Below, in pieces: positions 27,485-40,837 of a stretch of DNA of 55,990 bases. Made by a program: the position numbers and the translations under genes. Position 1 is the first letter of the stretch, and the number at the start of each line of letters is the position of its first letter. The DNA comes from Girardia tigrina (Eukaryota). The notes under the pieces were generated by a model. That model was not told the DNA's origin and did no database searches. It was given only the letters and a program-made list of their open reading frames with translations. Where the stretch lies: contig MQRK01231190.1 of NCBI GenBank assembly GCA_001938485.1, positions 6,837 to 62,826 of the forward strand, written 5' to 3'.

Positions 27485-27572
27485 TGTATCCTCTAAAGAT
27501 AACCTTCTGAGATGTTTGGATCATCAAAGACTATAACTTCTTGTTGATGTTGCACATCAATTCCGAGTTCCT
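27485..27572 (-). pseudogene. SF2/DEAD-box helicase motif V-VI fragment
   Basis: ELGIDVQHQQEVIVFDDPNISEGYL*RI resembles RGIDVQQVSLVINYDLP...YIHRI. Confidence 0.45.
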
Positions 27573-30500
27573 ATTCTTTATGCTCATCTTTGCTACCCCT
27601 GTCCGGCCCTTTTGGGAAACTTTACGATCGGGTGGAACAGTTATCATAATATAATATACCTTTTACTATTCTCCCAACTATTTTTTTAGGAAGATTGTAT
27701 TTTTTTATTCTCTTAAAAAACTTTAAAAAAAAGAAAAATCTTTCCTCAAATGCTTGTCCCTTTTCCATCTTATAAATCTTTCACCTTGAATAATATTCTG
27801 TTTTATTATCGTGAAAAATTATAGTTCATCAAAAGTCATAAAAAATTTATTACTTGGTTTCTATCAATATTTTAGTAACTATATATAATAAATATATTGA
27901 AAATAGTTTTTTTTCGATTTTATTCTTTTGTAATTGTCAAGAATGTCCATAAATCATTTTGCCAAAAGAAGTCCAAAATTGGATTGAGTAACCACTAAAA
28001 ATGGAAAATTTATTTTTCTAATCCGTCAATTATTTGAAGAAATAAATTCTCCTTAAATTCAATAAAATATATTTTTTTCTAAATTAATGAACGTGTCATA
28101 TAATACGTTCAAGTAGGGAAAAAAGTCATTTAATTTATTTTTTATTATTGTTTTTTTTATTTTTTATATGATTTTTATAGCCATTTGAAATAGAACATTA
28201 ATAATTTATTAAACTATATTACTTTATTAATTAATAAATTTAATTAATTTCAAGTAGACAATATTGAAAAACGGTTTAAAATATAATAATAAATAAATAA
28301 TAAAATAAATAATAATTCCAAAAATTAAATTTTAATTCTAAAAAACTGCTAACAACAATTGAGAGCAATAGAATTTTTAAACTTTTATTTTAATTTATAT
28401 AAAGTACTTCGTAAAAACCTTCGAACACTTCGTTCTTAAAGGGTGTTCCATTTAAAACATAATTAAGATCAAAATACTTGGTTTATTAAATGGAAAACAA
28501 TATCTCATGAAGAAATTATTGAAATTATACAGATATCCCATTCAATGATTTTTTATACATCAATGGAACTTAGGAAGACGTATCTGGAGGAGAGACTTTA
28601 TGAGTACAACCAACGAAAAGGAATGAAGAATTTTGGATGAGAAAATAATTAGTGGTCACAAAGAGATTCAAAAAGAAAAATAAAATGAATCGTTGCCTTA
28701 CATTATCATTGAAAGTTGAAAATTTCAAATATCAAATTCCAAGAAGATTAAAAAGAAACTCAAGTGAGAATTTTATTTCAAAAGTTTTATTAAGAACACC
28801 AATATGGTTTTCACACATATATTTTAATCACAGTTCGAATTGTCTTTGTGTCAACTCTCGGCCAAGCTTTCGTAAATTGACATTTCGCTAAATCGATAAA
28901 TTTTTGTTAATGTCTTGATAATAAACAATTATCCGACCAAATTTTGCATTTTAAATTATTTGAACATTTTATTTTAAAAATTCTACTTTTATAATTTCTT
29001 TAATACTTTTATCTAAAGATTTTAAACAAATAGCATGCTTATGCTTGCATATTGTTGCATGGAATAATAAAATAGGACTTCGGTTTTATTTTGTTGTTTT
29101 TCGAAACTGAAGTAATGATTTGAAGTAACATTTGTTTAATCAATTTAAAAATAAGTTAAAATATTATTTATTTTATTAAAATTTTTAAATTTAAAATTTT
29201 AAAAGATTAAATATTTAAAAGTTTTTTCATATCGTATCTTGTAATTTAAAATGTCAATTTATCGCGAATATCCAATGCACCAATTTTCCATCTTGGTGGG
29301 AGAAGCAGATTTTCAAATACTCAACTCAACATACAGAATTCAACATACCAATTTTAAAATATTTTTTACAATTTAATCTAAGCACAGTTTTTGAATGCTT
29401 CAAAGATTATACTGAAAGAACTACATATATGAGTAATTGATGTACTATGAAAACACCAATATAATCAATCAGAATAATGAAAGTAAATGATTCCGCCATT
29501 CCATGAAGAGTTGTAGGAAAAATTACAAAAATAAGGAATGTTTTAAGAAGCATTTAAAGAATGTTCCTCACTTCAAAATTATAAATTAGACAGATGGAAC
29601 AACTGAACACATTCAATTAATTAATACTCTGTTTAAGTTGTACATGATGATGAACCAAAAATGATATCAAAAGAAGTTCCTGTTTTCAGATTAACAGACC
29701 TGTAGACAAAGGCATAATTTGGTGTTCTTCGTTTCTCTGAATAACGATCCTTTACTTTGCTAAGGACTCGTAGAACAACAGAATTCATGATAATAATTGT
29801 TCATTCGTATATCAAAAGAAAGACAAAAAAATATCAATGAAGAGTTACAACTAATATTTTGGTTCTATTAAGAACATTTAAACAAGTCTCATTTGAATTT
29901 TTATTATTATCACATTTAGAGTCATTATGACTCTCAGAAAGTCTTTCATCGTTTTCCATCGTTCTAATTGGTTTTCTTATTTCTGTTTTTAATCATGATT
30001 ATTTGAACCATTTTTCTAAGTTAATTTTTTAAATATATTAATTATTATTAATTAAAAATAATAAATTTTACCATTTCTCAATAAATCCCAAAATAATAAA
30101 AATGTCATAAAATTATTAAAAATACATTTAATTTAAATTTTACCAAAAAATATTAAACTTAATTTTAATTGTAAAATTAAAAATATTAACTTATCAAATA
30201 GTGTTAAATATTAACTTTATCAAAAATTGTGTTCGAATAGTCAATCCTTAAAATTTAAATAAAAATATACCAATTTCCATCTGGGTGGGAGAATCACCAT
30301 TCTAAATTCAACATACTTAAATCAACATATAGCATTAATACATTTACACCTTCAAACAATTTAAAATATTCCTCACAGATTCGAATGAGTTATTAACAGA
30401 GATCTCAGATTTTAATACTAACCATATATCTAATAAAAGTATATTATTCGGTCCAAATACCGATTTGAAAAAAAACTTATTAATAATAACAAAAACAGCA

Positions 30501-31332
30501 AGATATAATAAGTTATTATACCTTATTGTTTTGGTTATAAACTAGTAGATTAGTAAGATTTAAAAGTATAGTGTACCAAAATACTATCTTAGCTAAAAGT
30601 ATTAGTTTATTAAAATAGCATTTATAAAATTTCTTCATCTTCACTACTTAAGTTCTCATTATTTATAAAAATATCAATTATTTTATAACGAATCTTTTCA
30701 CTTTGTCTTAATCTTAATTTTAATGATTTTATAATCTTCACTATGAGGTCCCATTCTGAATGTTGTAAGTTTGTTGTTTGTATGCTGGTAACTCTCATAA
30801 TCAGATGGGATTGATATTTTATTGATTAATTATTTAAATCTAATAAGATTAATTTAATGAGATTAATGTTTAAATACTAATTAATTAAAAGTTTTCTAAT
30901 TTGAAATTTTAATAATACTATTTAGTAAATAATTGAACTTATTAAATTTAATATAATTTTTCATATCTCATTCATTAATCAAAGATTTGAATAAATATAC
31001 AACAAATTATCATTCAAAGTAAGATGCTTTCTGCAGATGGTGTGACCAAAGATTGTTGTAAAGATGAGTCTGCTTGTGTTGTTAATAAATGTCTTCGCGC
31101 AAATTGTTATTGTTAATATTCACCGTTCATAAATTCAGCTTCTCTCTTATTGAAATAAACCTTCTTAAATGAATTTAATATTAGTTTTCTTAAATCCGTT
31201 TATTAACGGATTTTAACGATTTTTTTAACGATTTTCATGTCTCGGGTATCTAATAACAAATCTATACATATGCATTTCAATTCATACCATTATATTGCTT
31301 AGCATTTATATATGTGAATTAAATTATTAATC

Positions 31333-31377
31333 AGTGAACTGGAGATGACGGTTGATCCGTCGATATATATTGTCATT
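31333..31377 (+). ncRNA. Degenerate solo hammerhead ribozyme (Penelope pLTR remnant)
   Basis: CUGGAGA-U-GACGG(UUGAU)CCGUC-GAUA-UAUA-UU; stem II nearly identical to the 5636-5682 copy, but both core motifs are mutated. Confidence 0.6.
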
Positions 31378-32939
31378 AAATATAGTTTTAAATGGATATA
31401 TTATGTTTTTCAATATTTACTACATAAAAATATATTTATAGGATAACAAACACGAATGGTTTCATCTCTGTGATTAATTAGTTTCCATAATTATTTCAGC
31501 TGTTTCCTCATTAATTACATTAATTACATTAATTACATTCCCTCATTAACTCTACCAATTACATCTTATACGCTCAATATAGAGCTAATCAGGCTCCATT
31601 TAAAATAATTTTTATTCAAAAATGGGAAAATTTGTATTCGGTATATATTTCCTGACAAATATTTAAATAAAACGACTCGGAAAATAATAACTTAAAGAGA
31701 GCGTGAAATAAAAATATTAAAATATAATATAATCATTTTTAAATAGTGAATTTTTTTCGCTTTTACAATTATTTTATTTAAATGTAAAAAATGTCAGAAG
31801 AACACAAATAAACCTTTTAATGTAATAAGATTTAAGCAAAATTAAAATTTTATTAAAAAAAAGAAATCTAAAATAACCTGGGGATAAATAAATTAAATTA
31901 TTTTTTCTTTATTTTATTTTTTTCTGTAATTTTTTCGATTTTTCTCTAAAATTTATTGTAAAATAAAAATTTTTATTTTAACTTCTTTTAAAATAAAAAA
32001 AGAAATGTTTTATTGTGAAATAAGAATTATTTGCAGAATTTTTGTTGTAAATATGAAACCATTGTTTCATTTCGTTGAGAGTCCCATTAGTTACAAAAAG
32101 AAGAGATAAAAGAAACAAAAATAGTCAATGTTGGATTAAATAATGGGGGTCACATAAAATTATTCCTTTGAATTGAAACAGCTCTGTAGGTTTGCTGGGA
32201 GAGAACAGGCAATTTCGTTAGAAAAACGTTTTTTAATGTATTTTTAAAAAATTTTTTTTCTTATTTAAATAATTAAATTGGATTTTAATTACTTTTTATT
32301 TAAATTTTTTTATTTATTTGAATTTCCATCTCTTCAATGTTTATTTATGAATGGACTCTTTTAATTTTCATATATAAGATTAAATATGTTAAGAACATTT
32401 GATGACGAAAATTACTGAAAAGACGAATTTTTAAAACTAGAAAAGTGATTTTGTTTGTTTCAGTAAAAAGTTGAGCGAAAATTGAACGAATGTTTATTGA
32501 AATATAAATTTATCTGTTTGGCGAGTGCAATTTGCACCACCAACTTCCGTCGTTGGAACGGGAAGAAAAAAGACATGCCTGGAACATAAAATGTATTGAT
32601 CCATAAAACGAATACATGACCCGAATCGGTAGGATAGAGACGTCTATCGGCACAATAATTGGCATAGATCCACGCGTCTCGTCTGGGCATATTTGGGTTG
32701 CTGATTGACAGTTCGTTGATTACACTGATTGTGTTTCTGGTTGGTGTTATGGTGGATTCGTATTTTTTTTATTTTTTCCAATTTGATTAGTTAAACAAAA
32801 CATTATTATTTTTGTTTATTCTGTTAATTTTTTAATTTTAATTTAAATTTTTTTTGGTGTTTTTTTGAACACCACAATCTGTTTGAAAAATTTTTCTTTT
32901 CATTTATCTGTGTATTAGCATCAATCGCGGTTATACTTT

Positions 32940-34345
32940 GGTGGTGAAATTGGGTGAAGCATTTGAAACTTACAATGGAACTAGAGACTTTGTGCAGTGG
33001 ATATCAAAATATGAGCTGAATGATTAACTCTAGAAATTGATTGAGTTGTAAGCCGTGATGCTGTTCCTCACGAAAAAAGCGTTCGTCGTGTATGACAAAT
33101 TGTAAGGAGCAGAGAAGCGGGACTATGAAACATGAAACGTGAGATGGAGAGATATGTGTTTCAAGAATAAAAATGGAAATCTACATGGTTAGAGTTACTT
33201 ATCACACATAAACAGTGGCCAGTCTACAGTAGGAACTGTCTCACTGGTTATATCCTGTTGGGGTTGCTGCACATTCGATTACTCCCTAGTTTTGCCAACT
33301 AGAAAGGAAATGGTTAAGTTCAATAATGTAGAGAACTTGACAAGATTTTAGGGGCCATCAAAGCGAGACTGTTTCGTTTTGCTGGGTCGAGAAGTAAATT
33401 CCTGCGCAATCCATACAAAGACGTATGGTACCACAAAAAACGAATGACGGAAAAAGAATTAGACGCAGCTAATTTTCCGTCTTGGAGGGAGCAGTTGCAG
33501 GGGGTTGTTGTAGAGACGAATGATGTAGTTGGCGGACTTTAGTGGCCATGTGTTGAAGTTGATCAATCGTAACGTTATCGTATCTTATAAGTATGACAAA
33601 CGAAACTCAAGTATTATTCTGATGAGTGAAGACTCAATCGAATGTACGCAAGCGTGCATGGTATTCGTAAAGGTTAGTTGCTGATCCGGGTAGAACTGAA
33701 CAACAGCCAAAAATCGTTGACAATAATTTGTAAGCTTAATTTGGTGAAAAAAAAATTGATTATGTAATATCATTGGCTAGAAGAAGGTGGACATTTCTCA
33801 CTAAAACATAATGTTCCTCTCTACCTTGTTAAGCGAAAAATTCAGAATGAGTCTTATGATGAAGTTGTCAGATGCATTGAAGAAGGATAGTCGCAGGAGT
33901 TTAAAGAGTAATACGAAGGACTTGTTCCGTTTATGGCCGATGTCCAGACCAGTGATTGATTTCCGGAAGTTTAACCAATACACTTCAAGTCATTCGACTT
34001 CCAGAAATATTTGTAAAGAGAATTTTAAGATATGGTATCAAAAAGGGACAATCTGAATAATTGATTTGAAAGACGCATATATACAGTGGCACGTGTCCCT
34101 AGAGTTGTAGAAATACCGGATCTTGTAATATAAAGGGTACTTTGGTGCGTAACGTAGTTTGGTTTTAAGTAAAACGAAGTGCAAAAGATTATGTCTGTTG
34201 TGATCAAATTTGTGCTGTTAAGTGATCCAAAAATTAAAGAGACAACCATTTTGTATTTAGGCGATATCGTGGTAAATTTGAACAAATTCACCAGTCATGA
34301 TGTCTCAATTATCTTAAAGAAGTTTGGCTTACATGCAAAACAGAG
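32940..34345 (+). mobile_element. Ty3/Gypsy LTR retrotransposon remnant (gag to RT)
   Basis: Gag-like FETYNGTRDFVQWISKYEL...LFLTKKAFVVY; RT-like RPVIDFRKFNQYTSSH and YLGDIVVN (YLDD-like)...LKKFGLHAK; many stops. Confidence 0.82.
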
Positions 34346-34465
34346 CAATTTTTTTTATCAAAATAAATAAATAAATACAAATAAATCAAAATCTCAATAA
34401 ATGTTCGCACTTTTCAGACCAGTTGCCCTTTCGGTCTTTTAATTAATAGAATTTTCATTAATTTA

Positions 34466-35750
34466 TTAGGTTTATGCAAAAGTAATGTCGTTTTTTAACC
34501 GTCAAATTTAAATGAACATAACTTTCTTTAGAATTAACTTTATTAGTCAACATAAAAACCATTACATTGAACACACTATTGCCAACAGATAACAAATTTT
34601 TTAATTCCAGTTTCATAAAATTCTGGAGTTCTGGAGGCGATGAAGTCGTCCAAGGCTCTTTCAGCATCTTCTTGATTTTTGAAGCATTTTTAGCGAAAGA
34701 ACTGGCGGAAATGTTTGAAGAGGAGAGAGTCTGTAGGAGAAAGATCTAGTGAGTACGGTGGATGAAGTAAAGTGTCATATCCCAGTTCATTTACCTTCAT
34801 CATTGTCTTTCTTGCAACAAGTGGACGAGCGTTGTCATGCAGAAGAATTGGCCCCTTTCTATTGAGTAAGGCCTGCTGTTTTTTTGTAGTTCTTGGTGCA
34901 TTTTGTCAATTTGCTGACAATACTTTTCCGTTGTAATTGTTTCACCTTGTTTTAGGAAGCTTTAATGGATTAAACTGCGTGCGGACCACAAAAGAGTTAC
35001 CATGACTTTTTTGGTGTAATTTTGACTTCAGGAAAGACTTTGGAGTCTCAATGAGGTTCAAACACTGAGCTGAACGTCGCCGGTTTTCATATAGGATCCA
35101 TTTTTCATTGCACGTTACAATTCGATCCAGAAACGGGTCGCTTTGATTACGCAAAAGTAGAGAAGAACACACGTTAAAACGACGATTTTTTTGATTTTCG
35201 TTTAATTCGTGCGGCACCCACTTGTCCAGCTTTTTCACTTTCCCGATTTTCTTCAGATGGCGAACAACCATTGATTGGTGAATGTTGAGTTCTTGAGCGA
35301 CTTCCTGTGAATTTTTATGTGGGTCGGCATTGATTAACTTCTTCAAATGGTCGTCATAAACTAATGATGGTCAACTACCGTGTTCTTCATCTTCTAGGCT
35401 TTCGCTGCCACTACGAAAGTTAGAAAACTAACGTTGTACTATTAGTAAATTAGTGGTATGTTGACCAAATACATTGTTAATATTCCGAGCCGTCTCTGTC
35501 ACTTTTCGACCTAGTTTGAAATAGTAGAACAAAATTGTTCTCATTTCCTTCTTTTCTAACATTTCTAAAATAAAATAAATACATCTTAAATTAACAACAA
35601 TAATATTATACTTTGTATCAAAATATAGAGTAAAGTTTAAGCTTTAAAGTAAATTTAAATATGAATCTATTTGTTAATGATTTTCTAAATATTTCAAACA
35701 ATGAATATTAAATGAATATTAAAAACAAAATTTCTTTTGCATCAACCTAA
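34466..35750 (-). mobile_element. Full-length mariner (cecropia/Hsmar1-like), 1285 bp, inactive transposase at 34543-35562
   Basis: TIRs TTAGGTT(T/G)ATGCAAAAG with TA TSDs; KKLDKWVPHELNENQKNRR, RIVTCNEKWILY, LLHDNARP; stops and frameshifts. Confidence 0.95.
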
Positions 35751-36299
35751 TATATGATTCTCTTCGAATAATTTATGTAAATCGAAAACGAATTTTGAGA
35801 CAAACAATGTTGAAAGCCGACAAAACAAGTTCACGTACTTATAAATATCAATAATCCATTCGACCTTTTCGTTTTACATATTTTTATTGAGAATAATAAT
35901 AATTGTTTATATTTTCTCATGTACAATTAATTATTTGCATAAAATAAAGTATTATCTTAATTTTCCTAAAGATTTCTACATAAATATTATTTTTTATTTA
36001 AATTTTTATATTTAATTTTTTGTGTTATTTACATAAATTTTATAAATAATCTTCGAGGATAAAATAAATAAAGCTATTTTTATACATTTAAGTAAATTTC
36101 ATTTTTAAAATGTTTTCAGATAACACATTTTGATATCCGCAGGAAATATAAACTTTCTGTTCAATGAAATTTTCTCTATTATTTTTTAATTCATATTGTG
36201 TTTTCTGTTGATCAGAGAATATTATCTTTTATCTGATTTTCACATGTTTTACCATGCTTTATCTCTTTAAGCATTTGAATTTATTCACTACTGTCTTTT

Positions 36300-36560
36300 T
36301 ATACTTGATTCTTTAAGTTTGTAAGATTTTAGCTTTACATTTTCCTGTTTTTTCGTCTTCATACTTTGAAAGGCATTGTACATGGAGCTCAAAAATCATT
36401 CATCATATGGTATCAGATATATGTTTTATATTTTTTAAGTTACATATAATTCTTCAGTACAGGCCCGTTTCCCCTATAGACTAACCATTGGTAGCAGACA
36501 TGGAAGTAGATTTGCTTTTGTTCGTGCTGGACCAATTTTAGGTGTAACTGATTGTTCATC
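36300..36560 (-). pseudogene. Twin CX9C (CHCH) protein pseudogene, possibly CHCHD1/mS37-like
   Basis: Removing a 56-nt GT-AG intron (36388-36443) gives RAC-TEELYLHVQ-C (CX9C), then LSKYEDEKTGK-C and a frameshifted second X9 motif ending in S. Confidence 0.4.
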
Positions 36561-37124
36561 AAAAATCGTTAACAAGATAATTCGATGCGTTTAATAAAAC
36601 AAAAAAATATATTAAAACTCTTAGTCTTTCTAAATTTTGTACAATAAATCCTTAGAATTAACAAAATATTCTTGTGCAAAAATTATTTGGATAGAGAAAT
36701 CATATATTCGACAATTGTTAAACAAAATCGTAATCAGCGATATTTCAAATCACTCAATATCACAAAGCACGCTCTAATTGGTCAACCAATCAGAACTAGT
36801 CATTTTGACTCATTTTTGTTTTCCTAACACGAACACACTAATCGGCACCTGATCGGTCAAGCACGGGCATACTCTGCAACAATAATAATCAACTCAATGA
36901 GTCATTAAATAGTAATACGACTACTATCCCAAACAAAGAATTCTTTATTCTGGATTTGACTCAAATTCGAATTATTATATTTTTAATTACTTAAGTAAAT
37001 TTATTTTAAATTTCTTTTAATGTTTTTTTAATAAATTTAATCTATTTTATAATTAATTTATTTAATTTTCTTTACATTTATCTAACATATTTACATATAC
37101 ATTCATATCTTATATATAAATCTA

Positions 37125-38237
37125 AAGAGGTGTTCAATTTAGCAAATTGCCATTCAGATAATAATATATCACGAAACGAATTAAATTCTTTTGAGAAAGA
37201 TTTATTTAAGTTCCGGTAGAATTTTGTCACACAAAATACAGTAGTTTAGTTTGATGAAATTCCATGAGATGTTAGAAATGTACATCGTCCCTGAAGATTG
37301 GTCTTTTTAAAAAATTCTTGTCCTCTTTCTGTGTAATCACAATTCAGTAGGCGAATCCTAGTCACTTTCTATGCTCTGCTGACTTAAGTTCTTGTATCAA
37401 CCGAATTCTGTATATAGAGATCTTGTAACAGTATTTGATGCATAGAAATTTTTAACATATTTAGGTGTTGTGATCGATAGAAAAGCGATTTCATTACAGT
37501 ACTACCATGTTTTGTTGTAGTTGCATTTTCTATTTGTAGTTGACTGAGATTCTTTGAATTTCTGTACCAACTCGAAACTGTTTTTGTAGTAAGGACATTG
37601 TTACATGCAAAGATGGAGCGGATATTTGCATATCTTTTCTCATTTTTTGAATGAGTTGTCATAAGAAGAATGCGTTACTTGATACTGGACATTGCGACAA
37701 AATGGAAAAACACTAATAAAATTCTATTCATATGTATAATAAAAAAGAAAATGATGAGAACAATGCTCATCAAATAAAAAAATCCTACGAAATTAAAAAC
37801 TGTGTGATCTTCTCATCCCCTATCAAGGTATTAAGCATGAGGCTTTATAGGAGGACTGAGACGCTTATGGCTTCGAAAAACACTCCGCCTATGTAGGGAT
37901 CTACATACCTAAGCTCCACCGGCGAACCGGCTTCACAAAACCCCTCACTAAGATTAGAAACCTTGGATCATTGCGATGCAGTCCCCCACACGACTGCAGG
38001 GTCACTACTCCATACAGTCTGACACTCCGTTTTATGAAGCTGGGTCTTCAAAGTATTGGTTTGTTAGTCCAATACCGATACATCGGCTGCCGACCTTTCA
38101 AACAGCAAATAGCTCAACTCAGGACGCTTTAGCCTAAAGAAGAAAACTCTAGTTTCTCAGGGATACCACGCGGAGGTACGTCCAATCTTGCCTTGCACAT
38201 AGAGATCACTAAAAAATGTACTTTATGAAACACCCTT
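37125..38237 (-). mobile_element. Highly degenerate rosa/DD41D-like element carrying an insertion
   Basis: TA-AAGGGTGTTTCA terminus at 38237 and weak partner at 37125; minus frames give HQILLQDL, YRIRLIQELKSAEHRK*LGFAY, IFRDDVHF (IFSDEAHF-like). Confidence 0.6.
38122..38210 (-). ncRNA. HDV-like self-cleaving ribozyme, slightly degenerate
   Basis: Minus strand: P1 AGUGAU/AUCCCU (one mismatch), P2 GGACG/CGUCC, P3-L3 ACC-UCCGCGU-GGU, P4 AGAAAC/GUUUUCU, J4/2 GGCUAA containing the catalytic C. Confidence 0.78.
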
Positions 38238-39093
38238 TATATAAACAACATTCTTTTTAAAATGTATATCATAAATAAAGATTATTTAATTTTGTTCATT
38301 TTTATCACTTGTAACATTTTTGACTACAATGATGATATTATATTGATATAATGTTGCAAGCTAATAATAAATAAAACGTGGCTTTTTATGAGGGCATTCA
38401 TTTAAAGTAAAAAAAATCATCAACATTTATATTTTATTATGGAATAATCATAACTGGGAAATTTACCGAAATCTAACATCAAACAATTCTTTATAGTTAA
38501 AAAAATCAAAATTAATTTAATTTTTTCTGGAATTTTTTATACCTGTGTTTACACAGTTCGTTTTTTATTGTTAATTTATGGAGTTTTGAATGTTTGGAGT
38601 TATAAAATAATTTTATATGTGACTTTAGATTATATGTCATAGTTAATGTTAATAGAGTTAATGGAATGAATCTACATTTCGAAATGTCGATAAACGATCT
38701 CAGTTTAAATTAAAGAATATTTACAAAATAATTGATTTGAAATGCTGTGAGACGACTCTCGGAGGATCCTTCACTATTCAATTATTAGTGTTATTTCTGA
38801 ATTTTTAATAATGATTATTCGAAAAAGTGTCCTGATTTTTTCAATAACATTTATTATTATTTTTTAATTTTAAAATATTTATATATTCGTTATAAAATTA
38901 ATCGATTTTTCTTTTTTAACTTTAAAATTATTTTATTTATATTTCCTTTCAAATTCACTATATAAAAATATGTTTAAATGCAATTATATTACGAAAACTT
39001 ACGCGTCTTCTATTAGTTGTACAAATATAAAAGTTCGTTTTTTTACTATTTAAAAAAATTAAAATTTCAAAAAAAGTTTTAATTAAACTTTTA

Positions 39094-39830
39094 TTAACAG
39101 TAACAACCATTATTAACAACAACATTATTTCAATTTATTGGTAATTTCTGGATTCCATCACAAAAGAATTGCGGTTGTTTCGACGCAATCCATTTATCGA
39201 GCCAGTTTCGCACTTATTCGGGTTATGTGAATTTCTGTTCCGCCAATCCGTGAGCCATTGATCGAAATAAGTGATAATCCTATGGATCAATATCAGGAGA
39301 GTACGGGGATTGGGTACGATTTCCCAGTTCAGTTCTTTTATTATATTTATGATCGGTTTTGCAACATGAGGTCTCGCATTGTCGCGAAGCAATATCGAGC
39401 ACTCATGTCTTGTGGTCCATTCCTGTCGTTTGGTGGACAATTCTCAGTTTAGATTGATTAATTGCTCTGCATAACGAGCCGATTTAACAATATAGTCAGG
39501 TTTCAGAAGTTCATAATACAAAATACCTTTCTGATTCCACTATATGTAGAGTAGCACCTTCTTTCCATGGATGTTATGCTTGGAAGTCATATTTGACGCC
39601 TTTCCCTAGGTCTGACTATGATCTCTTTCATTTAGAATTATCGAAATAAATGTACTTTGATCACCAGTGATAATTCGATGCATGAATGATTTGCATTGCT
39701 GTCGATCATGCAAAGGTTCGCTCATCCTTCTTGTCAATTCATGCGGCACCCATTGTACGTTTTTCTGAATTTTTCCCACGTCATGCAAGCGATTTGAAAT
39801 TGTTTGCTTATTCATACCTAATACTTCATA
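39094..39830 (-). pseudogene. mariner (mauritiana-like) transposase remnant
   Basis: QWVPHELT, HRIITGD, GILYYELLKP, LLRDNARPHVAK, YSPDI..DYHLFRSMAHGL. Confidence 0.9.
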
Positions 39831-40837
39831 TCTCTGAAAGTTTTGTGAAAAATCAACAAACTTTGTGTCTGATAATATCGTCAAATCAATGATTTTTTTG
39901 TAAAAGCAAAATTTTTTATTTACGAATTTCTGATTTTATGCTAGAATCTTATTTTCCAATATTCTTTTAGTTCGAATCATTGTTCTCGATTACAATAGGC
40001 CGGACCACATAATCGTGAAATGCTGTGGCGTTTCTCTGCATCTGATCTGCTGGTCTCGGTTGACGTGGAAGAATCCTCACAGACTGATCGACAAGAATGT
40101 CCAGTATGACTCGATCGGGGTTCTATAGAGCTGCTGCTCGCAGAAACAACGGTACAGGACCGGAAATTGGCTTCCCTCGCAAAATCCGCATTATCACTCA
40201 CTCGAACTATCAATTGTGGTTCATGATCAGCATGGTTGCGGCATCGTGAGTCGGTTTCTTTTTGAAATCTGTCAAAATTTATTGTGGAACTTTGGCACAA
40301 TCTTCCCAAGAAACCATAGTTGAGTTTTAATACCATACGTTAAGTTCAACTAAGATATAAGGAATTGTAAAATCGATTATAGCAGAATACAGAAAAATTG
40401 CTCTAATAATAATTTGTAATAATGTGTTTAAAAAAAACTACAGCGCGTCCAACATTATTTAAATAACTAATAAATTGCAATTTGTACAATAATTTAATTT
40501 TTAATTCGAGTTTTTTTTCACTACGGGAAAATTAAATCACCGAAAGTGTGAACGAAAGTGTTTTATTAAATTTGAATATTTATGGAAAGACCGAGAATTT
40601 TTTGATAATTTTGTTGTTTCGTGGTCTAAACTATTGTTAAGTTTTTATTGCTCCACAAAAGTTCTTAAACCCAAGAAAGATTTTGTGATTTATGGTATAA
40701 TCGCATTTTATTTTTATAAACCGTTTTGGCAGTTTATGGTATTTCAAAAATACATTTGTGTGATTTTGGTGTGATTTTGGCTTTACTACAGATCAGTCGA
40801 TTAGTTATGTTGGGTATTCGATAAAATTAACCTTTTA

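Noticed and set aside
32460-32760. 76-aa ORF or PHD-like fragment upstream of the Gypsy gag
   Set aside because: Insufficient motif support; it may be LTR/UTR sequence.
13100-35750. Alternative genetic code (TAA/TAG = Gln), suggested by stops at expected Gln positions
   Set aside because: CGA-to-TGA stops and frameshifts are also common, and transposases end at TAA where expected (HFEDKI*, GFYVD*). Ordinary C-to-T decay explains the pattern.
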